Shown here: piece by piece, positions 25,626 to 38,020 of the stretch
How positions within the stretch are numbered: the first letter of the stretch is position 1
How the letters are laid out: each line of letters begins with the position of its first letter
Source: Malacoraja senta
Taxonomy: Eukaryota
Reading direction: 5' to 3'
DNA length: 64,000 nucleotides
Assembly (NCBI GenBank): GCA_038087875.1
Contig: CM075988.1
Coordinates: 3,286,001 to 3,350,000, forward strand
Made by a program: the position numbers and the translations under genes
Notes under the pieces: model-generated
What the model was told of the DNA's origin: nothing
The model's input: only the letters and a program-made list of their open reading frames with translations
The model's database searches: none

Positions 25626-26170
25626 AGGTAGCACCAAAGCAATCGTCGATGTAGCGGAGGGTAGAGGTCGGGGATGGGGCCCAGATACGTCTCGAACAAG
25701 GATTGTTCGACGCACCCTACAAAGAGGCAGGCGTACCTGGGGCCCAAGCGCATGCCCATAGGGGTCTTGTATTTGGAGGAAATGGGAGGAGTCAAACAAA
25801 AAGTTATTAAGGGTAAGGACCAGCTCCGCTAGGTGGAGGAGAGTATCAGTAGACGGGGATTGGTTGGTTCTCCAGTCGAGGAAGAACCGGAGGGCTTTGA
25901 GACCATCCTTGTAGGGGATGGAGGTGTAGAGTGACTGGACGTCCATGGTGAGGATGAGGGGATGGTGGCCTAGAGAATGGAATGCCCGGAGACGACGGCG
26001 AGTGTCTGAGGTGTTTTGAACATAGGTCGGGAGGGATTTAACCAGGGGAGATAGGATGGAGTCGAGGTATGTGAAAATCAGTAGGGCACGAACAGGCAGA
26101 GACAATGGGTCTACCACGACAGTCAGGTTTGTGGATTTTGGGGAGAAGGTAAAATCGGGCCGTGCGGGGC
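25626..26170 (-). pseudogene. Penelope-like element reverse transcriptase fragment
   Basis: TMDVQSLYTSIP, LAELVLTLNNF.F, PMG...GP.YACLFVG..E, frameshifted (R)YIDD region. Confidence 0.85.
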
Positions 26171-26255
26171 TATTCCTGACTCTCAATTGTAAAGCGACTT
26201 TGAGTCCTGAAGAGCGCTATATAAATAAAATCTATTATTATTATTATTATTATTA

Positions 26256-26985
26256 ATGGTATGGTAGTGGAATAAAGGCATAGACTATTTTCTGAATGGG
26301 GAGAGAATCCAGAAATCGGAGATGCAAAGGGACGGTGCAGGATGCCCAAAAAGTTAATCTGCAAGTCGAATTGGTTGTAAAGAATGCAAACTCAATTTAT
26401 TTCAAGAGGGCTTGTATACAAAAACAGGGATGCAATGCTGAGGCTCTATAAGGTGCTGGTCAGGCCACATTTTGAATATTGTGAGCAATTTTTGGGCACC
26501 ATATTTGAGGAAGGATGTGCTGGCTCTGGAGGAGGTCCAGAGGAGGTTTACAAGAATGATCCCAGGAATGAGTAGGTTGACAAATGATGAGCGTTTGTCG
26601 GCACTGAGCCTGTATTCGCTGGAGTTTAGAAGAATGAGGGGGGACCTCATTGAAACATACAGAATAGTGAAAGGCTTGGATAGAGTGGATGTGGAGAGGA
26701 TGTTTAACTAATGGGAGAGTCTACTACTAGAGGTCATAGCCTCAGAATTAAAGGACGTTCTTTTAGGAAGGAGATGAGGAGTCATTTCTTTGGTCGGTGA
26801 TGAATCTGTGGAATTCTTTGCCACAGAAGGCTGTGGAGGCCAAGTCAGTGGATATTTGCAAGGCAGAATTAAACAGATTCTTGATTAGTACATGCCATCA
26901 GAGGTTGTGGGGAGAAGGTAGGAAAATGGGGAGAGATAGAACAGCCATGATTGAATGGCAGTGTGGACTTGATGGGCCGAATAGT
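26256..26985 (+). mobile_element. CR1 LINE 3' fragment
   Basis: LYKVLVRPHFEYC, EVQRRFTRMIPG, RRMRGDLIE. Confidence 0.9.
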
Positions 26986-29886
26986 CATTGTTTGGCAGAA
27001 GCCAATTAACCTACCAACCCGCATGCCTTTGGAATGTGGGAGGAAGCCGAAGCACCCGGAGAAAACCCACACAGGTCACAGGGAGAAGTTACAAACTCCC
27101 CACAGACAGCACCTGCACTCAGGATCAAACCTGGTTCTCTGGCGCTGTTAGGCAGCAACTCTACCGCTGCAACACCGTGTTGCCCCACGTGTAAATTAGT
27201 CTAGGGCATTGGGTGTACAATGTTTACCTTATATGGTTATATGGTTACAGTGGAGAGAATGACTCTAGAGAATGATCCTCATTTCATATTGTTCCATTCA
27301 CCTCTCATACCTGTATGAGTCGACCACCATTGACTCATTTCTGCCAATGCCAGGATTTGAAGATGTTCTTCTATTTATTCGTATTGCCCCTGATTTGCTT
27401 CGTCCCTCAAAGTATTTCTTTGTTACCACTGCCCCTCCTCCTTGAAATATGTTTCACTTTTAGGACAAAGGACATTTAATGTCACATACACCAATTGGTG
27501 CAGTGAAATTTGAGTTGCCATTGCAGCTCACAAATAAAATAAACATAACACTATGGAATTTAACATTAAACATAAAAAACATCCCCCACAGCGGGATCTA
27601 CGTTTCCCACTGTGAGGGAAGGTAGCAAAGTTCAGTCCAATTCCTCTATTTTCACCCGTGGTCAGGGCCTATTTGAGGTCGCCACTACGGCGGCACGATG
27701 TTTCAGGCCCTCTCGACGGGATGATGGAACTCCGGCATCGGAAGAACACTCTCAGCGGCTTGGAGTTCCGAAACGGCCGCTTCTAGATAACAGTTCAGAT
27801 AACATTTCTAGATAATATTTTTTCCTTCATATTTCTTGTATTTCTGGTTATACTAGAAAACAGCTGCAATCATTGAGGAACAAATATTGGTTTTGTATGG
27901 AACAAAATAGGTAAGTGCAGATAACACCCATATCATGCACTGTAAGCAACAGGAATGTACGCTACAAAAAAAATTTGAGATGCAGAATAAAAATAAATTT
28001 TATGGAATTTATGTAAAAAATTCACAAAATGTACACTTGAAATTTTCCAGCAGTAATCAAACAAACTTCATTGTACATATCACAACTGCCGTGAACATGA
28101 TAGGCGTCACAAGTGATTTGCTTGGGAAACTGATAAGACAATGTCTTCTATTGGTACAACAACCCTCTCTGTCTGCTTCCATTCAAGTTGGCTTTGTACA
28201 AACCCGATTAGTACGGGTGTCAGAGGTTATGGGGAGAAGGCAGGAGAATGGGGTAAGGAGAGAGAGATAGATCAGCCATGATTGAAAGGCGGAGTAGACT
28301 TGATGGGCCGAATGGCCTAATTCTACTCCTATTCCTTATGACCCTTTATTAATTCCTACCCTATAAACTTCACCCCACATGTTCATTAACAACATCCAGC
28401 TATCATCAACTGAGTTGTTTCTCCATGATCAGACATTGACATGACCCACAGTGGTTAACACCCTATCCCACCGTCACTCCAGTCTCTGTCCTGATTTAGA
28501 CCTTCGACTTTAGAGATACATTGTGGAAACAGGCCCTTCGGCCCACCGAGTCCGCACCGATCAGTGATCACCCCGTACACAAGCACTATCCTACACACAC
28601 AAGGGACAATTTACAATTTACAGAAGCCAATTAACCTACAAACCATTGAAGTGTGGGAGGAAACCAGAGCACCCAGAGATAACCTACGTGGTCAGATGGA
28701 GAATGTACACACTCCGTACAGACAGCACCCATAGTCAGGATTGAACCCAGGTCTGTGGTTCTATAATGCAGCAACTGTGTCACTGTGCTGCCCATCTGTG
28801 ATCTTTCTGCAACTCCATGCAATGTAATCTCATCCGACCAAGCGATATCACACGCACACCACCACCACCACCAAATGTGCGGACTGGGATGCGACTCATA
28901 GCTACCCTGATCCAATATGGTACTGAACCGGAAATTTAATTCAAGCAAAGACACCAGATGCTTGAGTAACTCAGCGGGTCAGGCAGCATCTCTGGAGAAC
29001 ATGCATGAGTGTCGTTTCGGGTCGGGACCCTTCTCAGATCTGACTCGTTGAGTTACATAGAAACATGGGAAATATTTGCAGGAGGAGGCCATTAGGCCCT
29101 ACGAGCCTGCACGACCATTCATTGTGATCATGGCTGATCATCCACAATTGATAATAACAAACATTTTGGGGTACTTGACAAAATGGAGGATTTCTGCTTC
29201 TGTAAAACCTGCTTGGTATCTTTTGCAAAAAGCTGCAAGCCCATGAGGACCATGGCTACTGAAAGTCTGTGGCCTGGGAAGGTGTTGAATAGAGGTTGAT
29301 GTCCAGGTGGCCTTTAATTGTTAATATGTATGAGAGTTTGCAGAAGGAGCTAGGTCTTGTTGTAAATGCATGCTTGGGATTGGTTGAGGAAATGATTGGA
29401 TACAATAATGTTGCAGAGTCTTCCCGCTGCTAATTATGATTGGTCCAGGAGATGGGCCTCACCAAAGATGTTTACTTTACCTGGGGATATTGTTTCTTTA
29501 CTTAACAGAAATGTTTCCCCCTAAGTGCTTTGTGTTGAAACTATATTATGTGATATTATATGATTGGGTTAGGGAACTGTCATTCAATGTGTTCTGCAGT
29601 CCTTATATATAATTGGCTTGTCGGGGGTTGCCCGCCCCCCATGTATTTTCGCGCCATGGGTCTGTAAGGGTATAAAAGAGTGGGCAGCACGTTCGGGTGA
29701 GCCGATCTTCTGGGGTATGTGTTCTATTTGCACGAGGCTGTTGGGCACGAGTAAGTAGAGAAAAGGATTGGTCCCGCAGTATTGGACGGTATTGTATTGG
29801 TATTGTGTAATAAAAGATAGTTGGATTTCTAGTGCTCGTATTTGGTGTTTGACTGAACCAGACTAAGTTTAGGACCGGAATTACAT

Positions 29887-29904
29887 TGGGGGCTCATCCA
29901 GGAT
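29887..29904 (+). promoter_or_regulatory. ERV primer-binding site, tRNA-Pro
   Basis: tgggggctcatccaggat versus canonical TGGGGGCTCGTCCGGGAT (two CpG-type changes), right after the 5' LTR. Confidence 0.9.
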
Positions 29905-30717
29905 CTCAATGGATTGCCAAACATAAATTTGCGGTCAGGGAATCGAGTCATGTCGGATTGCGGGAGGAGAAATTGGCGCCACGATGTGACTTTCGTATCG
30001 GTTTTCCCCGCTCCGCTAGTCTGACGATGAATCGGTTATTCGCGTGCTTGTGTTTGGATTCCCGACGAGATCGATAGAAGATCAGTTCTGAGCACTGAGG
30101 GCGAGGTTTTGAGTCCCCGCCTAGGGGGTTTGAGGCCCGGAGGGTGGGGGTTGGACTCAAAAGGCTCCTCTCTGGTGGGTTAAAGGCACCACACCATTGG
30201 TAAGGCGACAGCTTTTGCAATCGGGAAGGTACTGAAACTGGCCTGAGGTTTGAGGGTTGGTAGACCCTAGGGTTTGAGGCCCCACTCAGACTGGGATATA
30301 AATTACGAGATATCCTCAAACACAGGACTGCGAAGGTCAGTACTTAGTGGGGAAGTGCTGAGTCGTTGCTGAGAGTGCGATTGGAAAGACGACACTTTAA
30401 AAATCGGCATCGAGAACCAGCACGAAGCGGGTACGTGCTGAAGACCAGTAATTAGCGGGTAGAAGGGTTTGAGGCCGTGCCTGTGTGTGGCTTAAGTCCC
30501 AAACAATATTGGGAACTCAGTGTTGGAGTAAAATTGGCTGAAATACTTTAAAATCAACACTGAGCTGGGCAAGACGTGTCTGTTATAATCTGGACAGTGA
30601 TCTAAATTCTTCGATTTAAATTCAGGGCGTTCATATTGAAGGCTACTGGTTATTGTATAGAGATACGTTTTTAATCTTGTAAAATTGTAAAATAACTCTG
30701 TAATTATATATCTCCTT

Positions 30718-31722
30718 TGTTTTGTTTATTTTATTAGAAGTTAATACAATACAAAACAATACAGTGGCACCTAATTTTAGGTGCCAACTATGTCATAACG
30801 TAATGCATTCTATGTACAACCTCTAGTTTTATGTTTTTGAAAAGGAGCTAAAAAATAAAAAAAAAGAAAGATAAAAAATTGAGAAAAGAAAGAGGAAAAA
30901 TAAATAGTAGAAAATAGAAAAACGTGAGGTGTGTATATAAGAAAAGAAAAAATAGAAAGTAGAAATAGTAGAAAAAGACCCTTAAAAAAGAAATTTTCAA
31001 ATCTTTGTTTGGAGATGTAAATCTATCCACGACCTGACCTGAAATCAGTAATCTTTACGGTACTGCTGCATCACATGATTCCAAAAAGTCAATGAAAGGT
31101 GACCAACTCCTTAAGAATTGGTCATATTTATCTATTAGGCGGATTCTCATTTCTTCAAGGTGTGCTATGTCCGTCATATGCCTAATCCACATTTTAATAG
31201 TTGGTATAGCTGTATTTTTCCAGAAATTTAAGTATCAATTTCTTTCCAATTATTAACCCATAATTAAAGAATACTTTTTGGTCTTTGTTTAAATTGATAT
31301 CTTCTAATATTATTCCAAATATAATCCATTCCATATTAGGTTCTATTCTTGACTTGAAGAGCTTTGTAAATATATCAAATATATCGCTCCAAAATGTATT
31401 CAACTTTGTACATCCTACCAATGAATGTGTTATATTGGCATTTTGAAACAAACATTTATCGCATCTGGGAGAGACATTTGGGTAAAATTTATTCAACCTC
31501 GTTTTTGAATAATATAGTCTATGTAATAATTTAAATTGAATTAAATTATGTCTTGCATTAATGGAACAATTATGTGTATTCATCAGATACTTTTCCCATC
31601 TATCTTTCGGGATCTTTAACATTAGTTCATGTTCCCAATCTTCTCTTAGTGCCTCTGTTGAGGGTAATTCTCTATTTAATATACTATTATAAAAATATGA
31701 TATTAGTTTTTCTGAATCAGCC
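30718..31722 (-). mobile_element. 5'-truncated L1/Tx1-clade LINE in the ERV leader
   Basis: C-terminal CDKC-x7-H-x4-C zinc motif in ORF 31194-31622, A-rich tail, 18-bp TSD gtaattatatatctcctt (30700-30717 / 31723-31740). Confidence 0.9.
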
Positions 31723-32781
31723 GTAATTATATATCTCCTTAATTGTAATATAGCAATTGTGTGGTTAATGCTGCTGTTGTAATCATTTTTTAAATTCTGC
31801 TTATATGTTTTGTAATCTGCTTATCTACAAGGCGTCATTGAGAGTCTTTGAAAGGCGCCCATAAGTGTAATGATAAATAAAATAAAAAAATAGTTTGAAC
31901 CGTGACTGTATGTCAATATAGCGTAATCTAGTTTAAAATAGTGTGATTTACTTTAGAATTGATTGTTATCAAATGCTTATATTTTATATTGTAGTGTCAT
32001 TGTGTGTTAGTCTTTAACTATATTTTTTCTTGTTTGAATGTAATTTTGCTTGCGTGTTACAACCTTCATTTGCTTTTTTTAAATTCAAGTGTTTGAGTGC
32101 AGGAGATTTTCTGCTGAAGTGTGTTTGATTGTTCCATTGAGAAGGTGTTCCCAACCTTGAGCTGAGAGTGTTTACCATTTTAATTTACCATTTTAAAAGC
32201 TTGTGTGATCTCTGCGATTTCTTTGTTTGAGATTTGCGTGAAAGATTCTTGGGTACCCAGTTGAAAGGAGATATATCGTGTGGGAGACTTGTTAGGTGTT
32301 AGGAATTTGTGTCCTTGTCTTGTGAGAGACTTAAGGGCCTGTCCCACTTACGCGACCTTAGCTCGCAAATTACGCGACCTCGTGGTTGCTTGAGGTGCAC
32401 GGGCCTCGCGGGGCCGGCCCCACTTAGAAGCGCGGAGGGGTATGGAGTTGTGCGGGGCTGGTCCCGACATCGCGCAGGGTTCCGAAATTCCTGCAGTGAC
32501 CGAAATCTTCGTGCGCCAACGGCCTGTCGGCCCGCAGGCGCATTGCGGGCGTACGCAGCATCAGGCGTCGTACGCAGCGTCTTGATCGCGTATGCCTAGC
32601 GCGTGGCGTTGTGTTGCGTGATGATTTCACCGCTCGACGCCGTGCGACGCCCAAAATCAGTCGGCCCGCCTTTATCGCGTCAGCATAAAAAACGTGTGCG
32701 ATTTGAAAATAATCACCACACTTACCGCGTTTCTTGCCACGGAGTCCGTTTTCATCCCAGCTGTAGCGATCCACAGAGCAC

Positions 32782-34814
32782 ATGGCTCCGAAGAGAACAA
32801 GGAACACCAGGAACATCAAGAAGCAATCCATGCAGGTTATTAGAAAGAACATACAGATCCCGGAGGGTCCAGCCACTGCTTCTGGCCATGCTGCTGTTCC
32901 TGACCCTGCTCCTGCTTCAGTTCCTGTCCCATCTCCTGCCCTATCTTCTGCCTCAGCACCTTCACCAGTTCCTATCCCAGTTCCTACCCCATCTCCTGCC
33001 TTATCTCCTGCCCTATCTTTTGCCTCAGCACCTACCCCAGTTCCTACCCCAGTTCCTGCCCCATCTCCTGCTTCAGCTTCTGCTTCAGCTCCTGCCCCAG
33101 CTGCTGCTGCAGAATGGGACTCGGATTTGGCTCAGGAGACTGATGCCTCAGCTGCGCCGGCAAAGAAGAAGAAGAAGAGGGTGGTCACAAGGCCTTATAA
33201 TTTTACCAGGGAACAAGAGGGAGACCTGGTAGAATGGTATCAGGCCCACCGAGAACTCTACGATAAGGGGCATCGTAATTTCAGGAGCACGGATCTCCGC
33301 AACGCGATGCTTGAAGGCAAGTCGAAGGAGTTCCCTGGCTGCTCTTGTAAGTACATACTTTGTAGTTTGTCTATATTTCTGTGGTTGTAATTGCAGTTCC
33401 AATTAAGATTACAATTTGCTCAACACTGATCTTCATTTATTCTATGTTTTCACAGATGACCAACTGTGTCAATGGCTCAAGAGTCAGAGGACACGGTTCG
33501 GGAGGCTGTCTCACAGTCTTGGCAAGTCTGGCTCCGCCAGTAAGCCACTGACTGACAGAGAGCAGCGGATAGTGGAGAAATGGGGGTTCGTGCGGAACCA
33601 CATAGTTCGAGTGCAGAGGAAGGAGAGCAGCAAGAAGGTGAATAGTTAAGAAAATTATGTAACAATTATAATTTGTTGGAAAGTGAGATAGTCAAAATTA
33701 TATTTGACAATGATAACTTGGTGGTCACCTTGCTTGCTACGTCCTGATGGCCTTGAACATTTCTGATACACATTTACTTTCTTCCAGTTTACCATGGGGA
33801 AATCATTGTGCGCTACCTCGAGTGAGGGCGAGATGGATCCCCCAGAGGGACCACCAGAGGGACCCTCTGGGTCTGGCACTGCGGACAAACAGGTGCACGC
33901 CAAACGGAAGCGGGCCTGCACAACTGCGGCAGAATGCGGCGTGCCTGTTGAACAACTTCAGCAGGAGATGTTCGCGGATGTAAGTGCTTTTGGGTGAACC
34001 ATCAGCAAATTTCTCATTTACTTCGCCCTACGTCCATGTTTCTCCATCGCCTCCCAAAAAATACTTACCAGGATTGCACTCTCTTTGTTGCAGATCATGC
34101 AACAGGCTAAGACTACTGCTGAGACAATAAACGTCTTGTCGCTGCCAAGGACGCAGCACGAAATAATTGTTTATGCCTACTCAACGCTACTGAGGGAGGA
34201 GATGTTGCAGATCCCTGAGTCGCAATGGTCCAGCTACTCCTTGGAGGGCTTAGTCTTGGCAAGGGCGCACAGATTTCTTCAGCCAGTAAAATCTTTTAAT
34301 CAAAGTTTATTAAATTTATAAACGTTTGACTTTAATGCTTTTTATGAATTACTCACTACGAATTCCTTGGTTTTGCAGAGTCCGATGAGGCACATGCCAT
34401 TCATGCCACACCATCAAATGGGGATGATGGCACCACAACATGCTCCCCAGGTACACTGTGAAACCTTTCTGAGTCTTCAGTCTGACTCAAGATTGTTTCT
34501 GACACACAGCTTGTGAAAGGTTGTGATTTGTTTAATATGATTTATTTGGCTCCCATACATATTGATACGTTTATGTGTTTTGCCCGCAGGCAATGATGGG
34601 ATCCCGGCCTATGGCATACCCATGGATGGCAGGCCCGCCCAACGTCAGGGCAGACAGCTCAACACCACATCATGCGGCATCCGGCATGGATAGGCTCAGA
34701 GCAACAGATTTCCCGGCGCGATTGGAGGGTCCCGACACAAGCGCCAACTTCAGCCTGAATCTCTCCGACTATTTGATGGAGGATTGCCCAGTGCAAATGG
34801 GCCGTAAAGAATGA
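32782..34814 (+). CDS. Harbinger Myb/SANT (MADF-like) DNA-binding protein, 6 exons: 32782-33346, 33456-33637, 33788-33979, 34094-34285, 34379-34450, 34590-34814 (475 aa)
   Basis: All introns GT-AG and phase-compatible; the spliced frame has no stop. LVEWYQAHRELYD and WLKSQRTRFGRL helices, KKKKK NLS, Pro/Ala-rich N-terminus, aataaa downstream. Confidence 0.82.
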
Positions 34815-35464
34815 TGCTCTCTCCAACATTCACTATTCTGTTTACTTGTGTTGCACATTAACGTTTAATTCCCTGTTGTTTTTCACTACGTCATTTGTTT
34901 GCTTGCACTAAATAAACAATATTCTGTTGACTTGTGTTGCACATTAAAAATTAGTTTCTTGTTTTGTCAATATGTTATTTGTTTGCTTGCACTAAATAAA
35001 CAAATGAATTCTTATAACGTCATGGGTCTTTGTATTTATCGCAAATAACCTCACCCACAACTTGATTATTAAACTTCAGTGTAACCTTTTCGTGTAGTGG
35101 AAAAAGCAGTTTGTTAATCATGGCATTGATCTCTCATATGGAAACCACGTCTAATAATGGAATGCATCTCACATATAAAATCATCGATTTATTAGATAAA
35201 TAAAACACACACAGGCATTGAACTGCATTGAATTGCAAAATGTGTCATGAAACGTCATATAAAGTAGACAAAGGCATTTAACCGCTGTTAAAATGATGGC
35301 ATTTCAAAGAAAGTGCGATGTGTGAGGTATTATTATTATTATCACAGTATTACTAATTTCACATACAAAAATCCTCCATTAACATACATAGATCCTCCTT
35401 TTATTAGATCAGTTCCTGCAGTGGTGGTCCTCTGTTTGTGATGTGGGATGTTTGCTGTTGATCC

Positions 35465-37770
35465 TCACCACATATTGTTCTGCCAGGGTACACTGCCTCG
35501 CTCGGAGTTGTAGTAAGCACAGAGATGGTCCCTCTGCTCCTTTGCTCTTTTGTTGCTGGTGTTTCTTTGCAATGCGCCTAGTGCCACCATTGGTGCAGCC
35601 TGTCTTGCAGCTCTCCATGAACCTGGTGTGACTTCTCCTGTCTGTTTGTCCATCGTGTCACCCTCCACCATGGCTGTTGCTGCACCTCTGGTGCGGATCA
35701 GGTTATGGATGACACATGCCGCGTAGACAATGGTCTGCACATTCTCGGGCTCCTGCTCCATTGTAGTCAGCAGGCATCTGAATCTGTTAGCAAGGAAACC
35801 AAAAGCATTTTCCATGACCCTCCTAGCCCTGGATAGCCTGTAATTAAAGATCCTTCGCTCCCTTGACATCTGCCTGTGAGGGTATGGCTTCATCATCCAT
35901 GGCCTGAGTGCGAAGGCATCATCACCAACCAATGCATAGGGGATGTCAGGATTGTCTTCTCCCGGCAGAGGTACTGGATCAGGAAGGCCTGCTCTCCCTT
36001 CTTCCAATGCTTGCCCAAGGGAGGTCTCTCTCCATAATCACTCCATCTGCGCCACTGCCAGGTGTGCCCACATCCTAGCAATGTACAAAATTTTGAGATT
36101 TTAAAAATCAAGTCTGCAATTTATCCCATCAGATAAAGCATAAATAGAAGTTTAATTTGACACCTAATTCACTTTCATATCTTCAGTATGAAAAAGGTAT
36201 GGCCATTTTCATATTTGGATATTAGCATCTTGTTCCCTATTGCTTTTCCATTGACTTAACACAAAAGCTGTGATCGAGGACAGTCAAAAGCCCATAACTT
36301 TCATAAAAATTAAGAGAACTGAAAGAAATGTTCAGTTATTATAGATTGAAGCATTCTGAAACAAATATGAAACAATCTTACTTGGATGACCTGAAATTAA
36401 AGCATATAATTAGTTAGTTACCCAATTGTAGCTAATTACATAATTCAATTACTAGATCTAAACATCTACCCATTTCTTAAGAAAAGATCAACATTTTTAA
36501 ATAGCCTAAGTGTCCAAATAACATACACACAAGAATTCACAATATAACATGATTTTAAAATCTCATTGTCATGGATTTATAGGCCAAATGGAAGGAATTG
36601 AGTGCTTAATACCTGCAAATTAATGGCCATTTAAATCATCTTGCGAGTGGGTTTTGCTGGAACGCGATCATTTGGAACGTTGCGGTTGCGGTGAATTTAA
36701 ACCCCATATCGGCAGGAAAAATACTGCTGGTTCGTATGGGGAAAAAAATCACCGTTTCGCAACGTAAAATGTGAATTAAAGGCATCTTAAGGAGCACTTT
36801 TATACATAAAATAAACGGCTTTCCTTTACCTGTCCCGTGCGTGAAATCCGTCCCCGTTGTCGGCGTTGATGGCTTTAGAAACTGATTTAAAAATTACTCC
36901 AGCGCTGAACTTGTCGGGCGATTAAAAAAAAAAAAATCACAAAATGGCCGTCGGAACAATTCTTCAGCAAAAGCTTGCACTCCGGGAAAATATAATCCAG
37001 GACAGGTAGGTGAAAACGCATTTTAACCCCGCCCCCCCTCAAAGGCGCCAAAATCGCGCACACGGCCAGTGACAGAACTGCAGCGCTGCTGATAGGTAAG
37101 TTTTCTAACACCTACACATCCACAAACAGGAAGTTGTAGTTTGCATCGACCACAGCTAACAGCTTGTAGTTAAAGTACATAGAACCGCCCCTGGGTGGCC
37201 ACATGCTTCCCGTCAACTGCCCCACATGTGTGCAGGAAGTTTCATCTGGTTTGAAAGCCATGCGCCACTCTCCTCCACCCGTCAGATGTACTAGGGCAGT
37301 CAATCATTTCTTCATATGCATTGTTGATGGCATCACAGGTCTCTCGGACAACCTTGCTGATGGAAATTGTAGGAGAGGCTCTTGTAGGAATCCCCTGATG
37401 CAAGGTAGTGGAGGGTGATGGCTAGGCGCAGGCCTGGTTCCAGTGCCTTCCTCATGAAGGTGTCCGTTTTCTGCAGAAGAGGACCGACTCATGTCTTTTG
37501 CTCCTGAAACAGGTCAGGGGGGAATCCTGGTGAAGTTTCTAAAGGCAGCCTCATCTTTCCACTGCAGATCCATCATCATGATCTCATACTGGCCCAAAGT
37601 GGGTCTCATCCGGAATAAGGACCTCGTCCACATTCTTGGGTTTCTTGATAGCCTTCCTTGTTAGACTCCTGCCCAGCTGATCTGTAAGCATGAGGGCTGC
37701 TGCTAACAGAAGTCTCTCTTGCTGTGCAGCAATGCAGTCTGCATCTCTTCCATGATGAGAATGGAATAGC
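35465..37770 (-). pseudogene. Harbinger (HARBI1-like) DDE transposase, frameshifted and interrupted
   Basis: GAVDGKH (~37200), YFNYK, AVVDANY.F..VDV, VGDDAF.L..W.MKPY, FNYRLSRARRV.ENAFG, ACVIHN. Confidence 0.9.
36077..37114. mobile_element. Non-coding TAG...CTA DNA element (hAT-like) inserted in the Harbinger transposase
   Basis: Imperfect TIRs tagcaatgtacaaaattt / taggtgttagaaaactt; cacatcc directly repeated on both sides. Confidence 0.65.
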
Positions 37771-38020
37771 AGCCAGCAACCCCCCTTTAAATGCGTAAAT
37801 GATGTCACGCGCGACCTTCCCGTGAACTTCGCTCGAACTTCGCGCGACCTCTGCGCGACCTCCGCTTACGGTTTGTCGCGCCAAACGCACGCAATCGCAT
37901 GCAAGTGGGACAGGCCCTTTACTAGTGCGTTGGAAAGCTTTTGTCATTGTTTTGTGAGCTAACTTGTTAAGTCCTAGGAAGCGTGAATAGCTTGAACTAT
38001 TGTTTCCATTGTAAGTAACA

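Larger units (their letters stand above)
32334..37918. mobile_element. PIF/Harbinger DNA transposon (two-gene type) in the ERV leader
   Basis: 16-bp TIR agggcctgtcccactt, TTA TSD, convergent Myb/SANT gene and DDE transposase. Confidence 0.95.

Noticed and set aside
25105..26186. Long ORFs across the N run
   Set aside because: Artefacts of translating through the gap; only the Penelope RT part is real.
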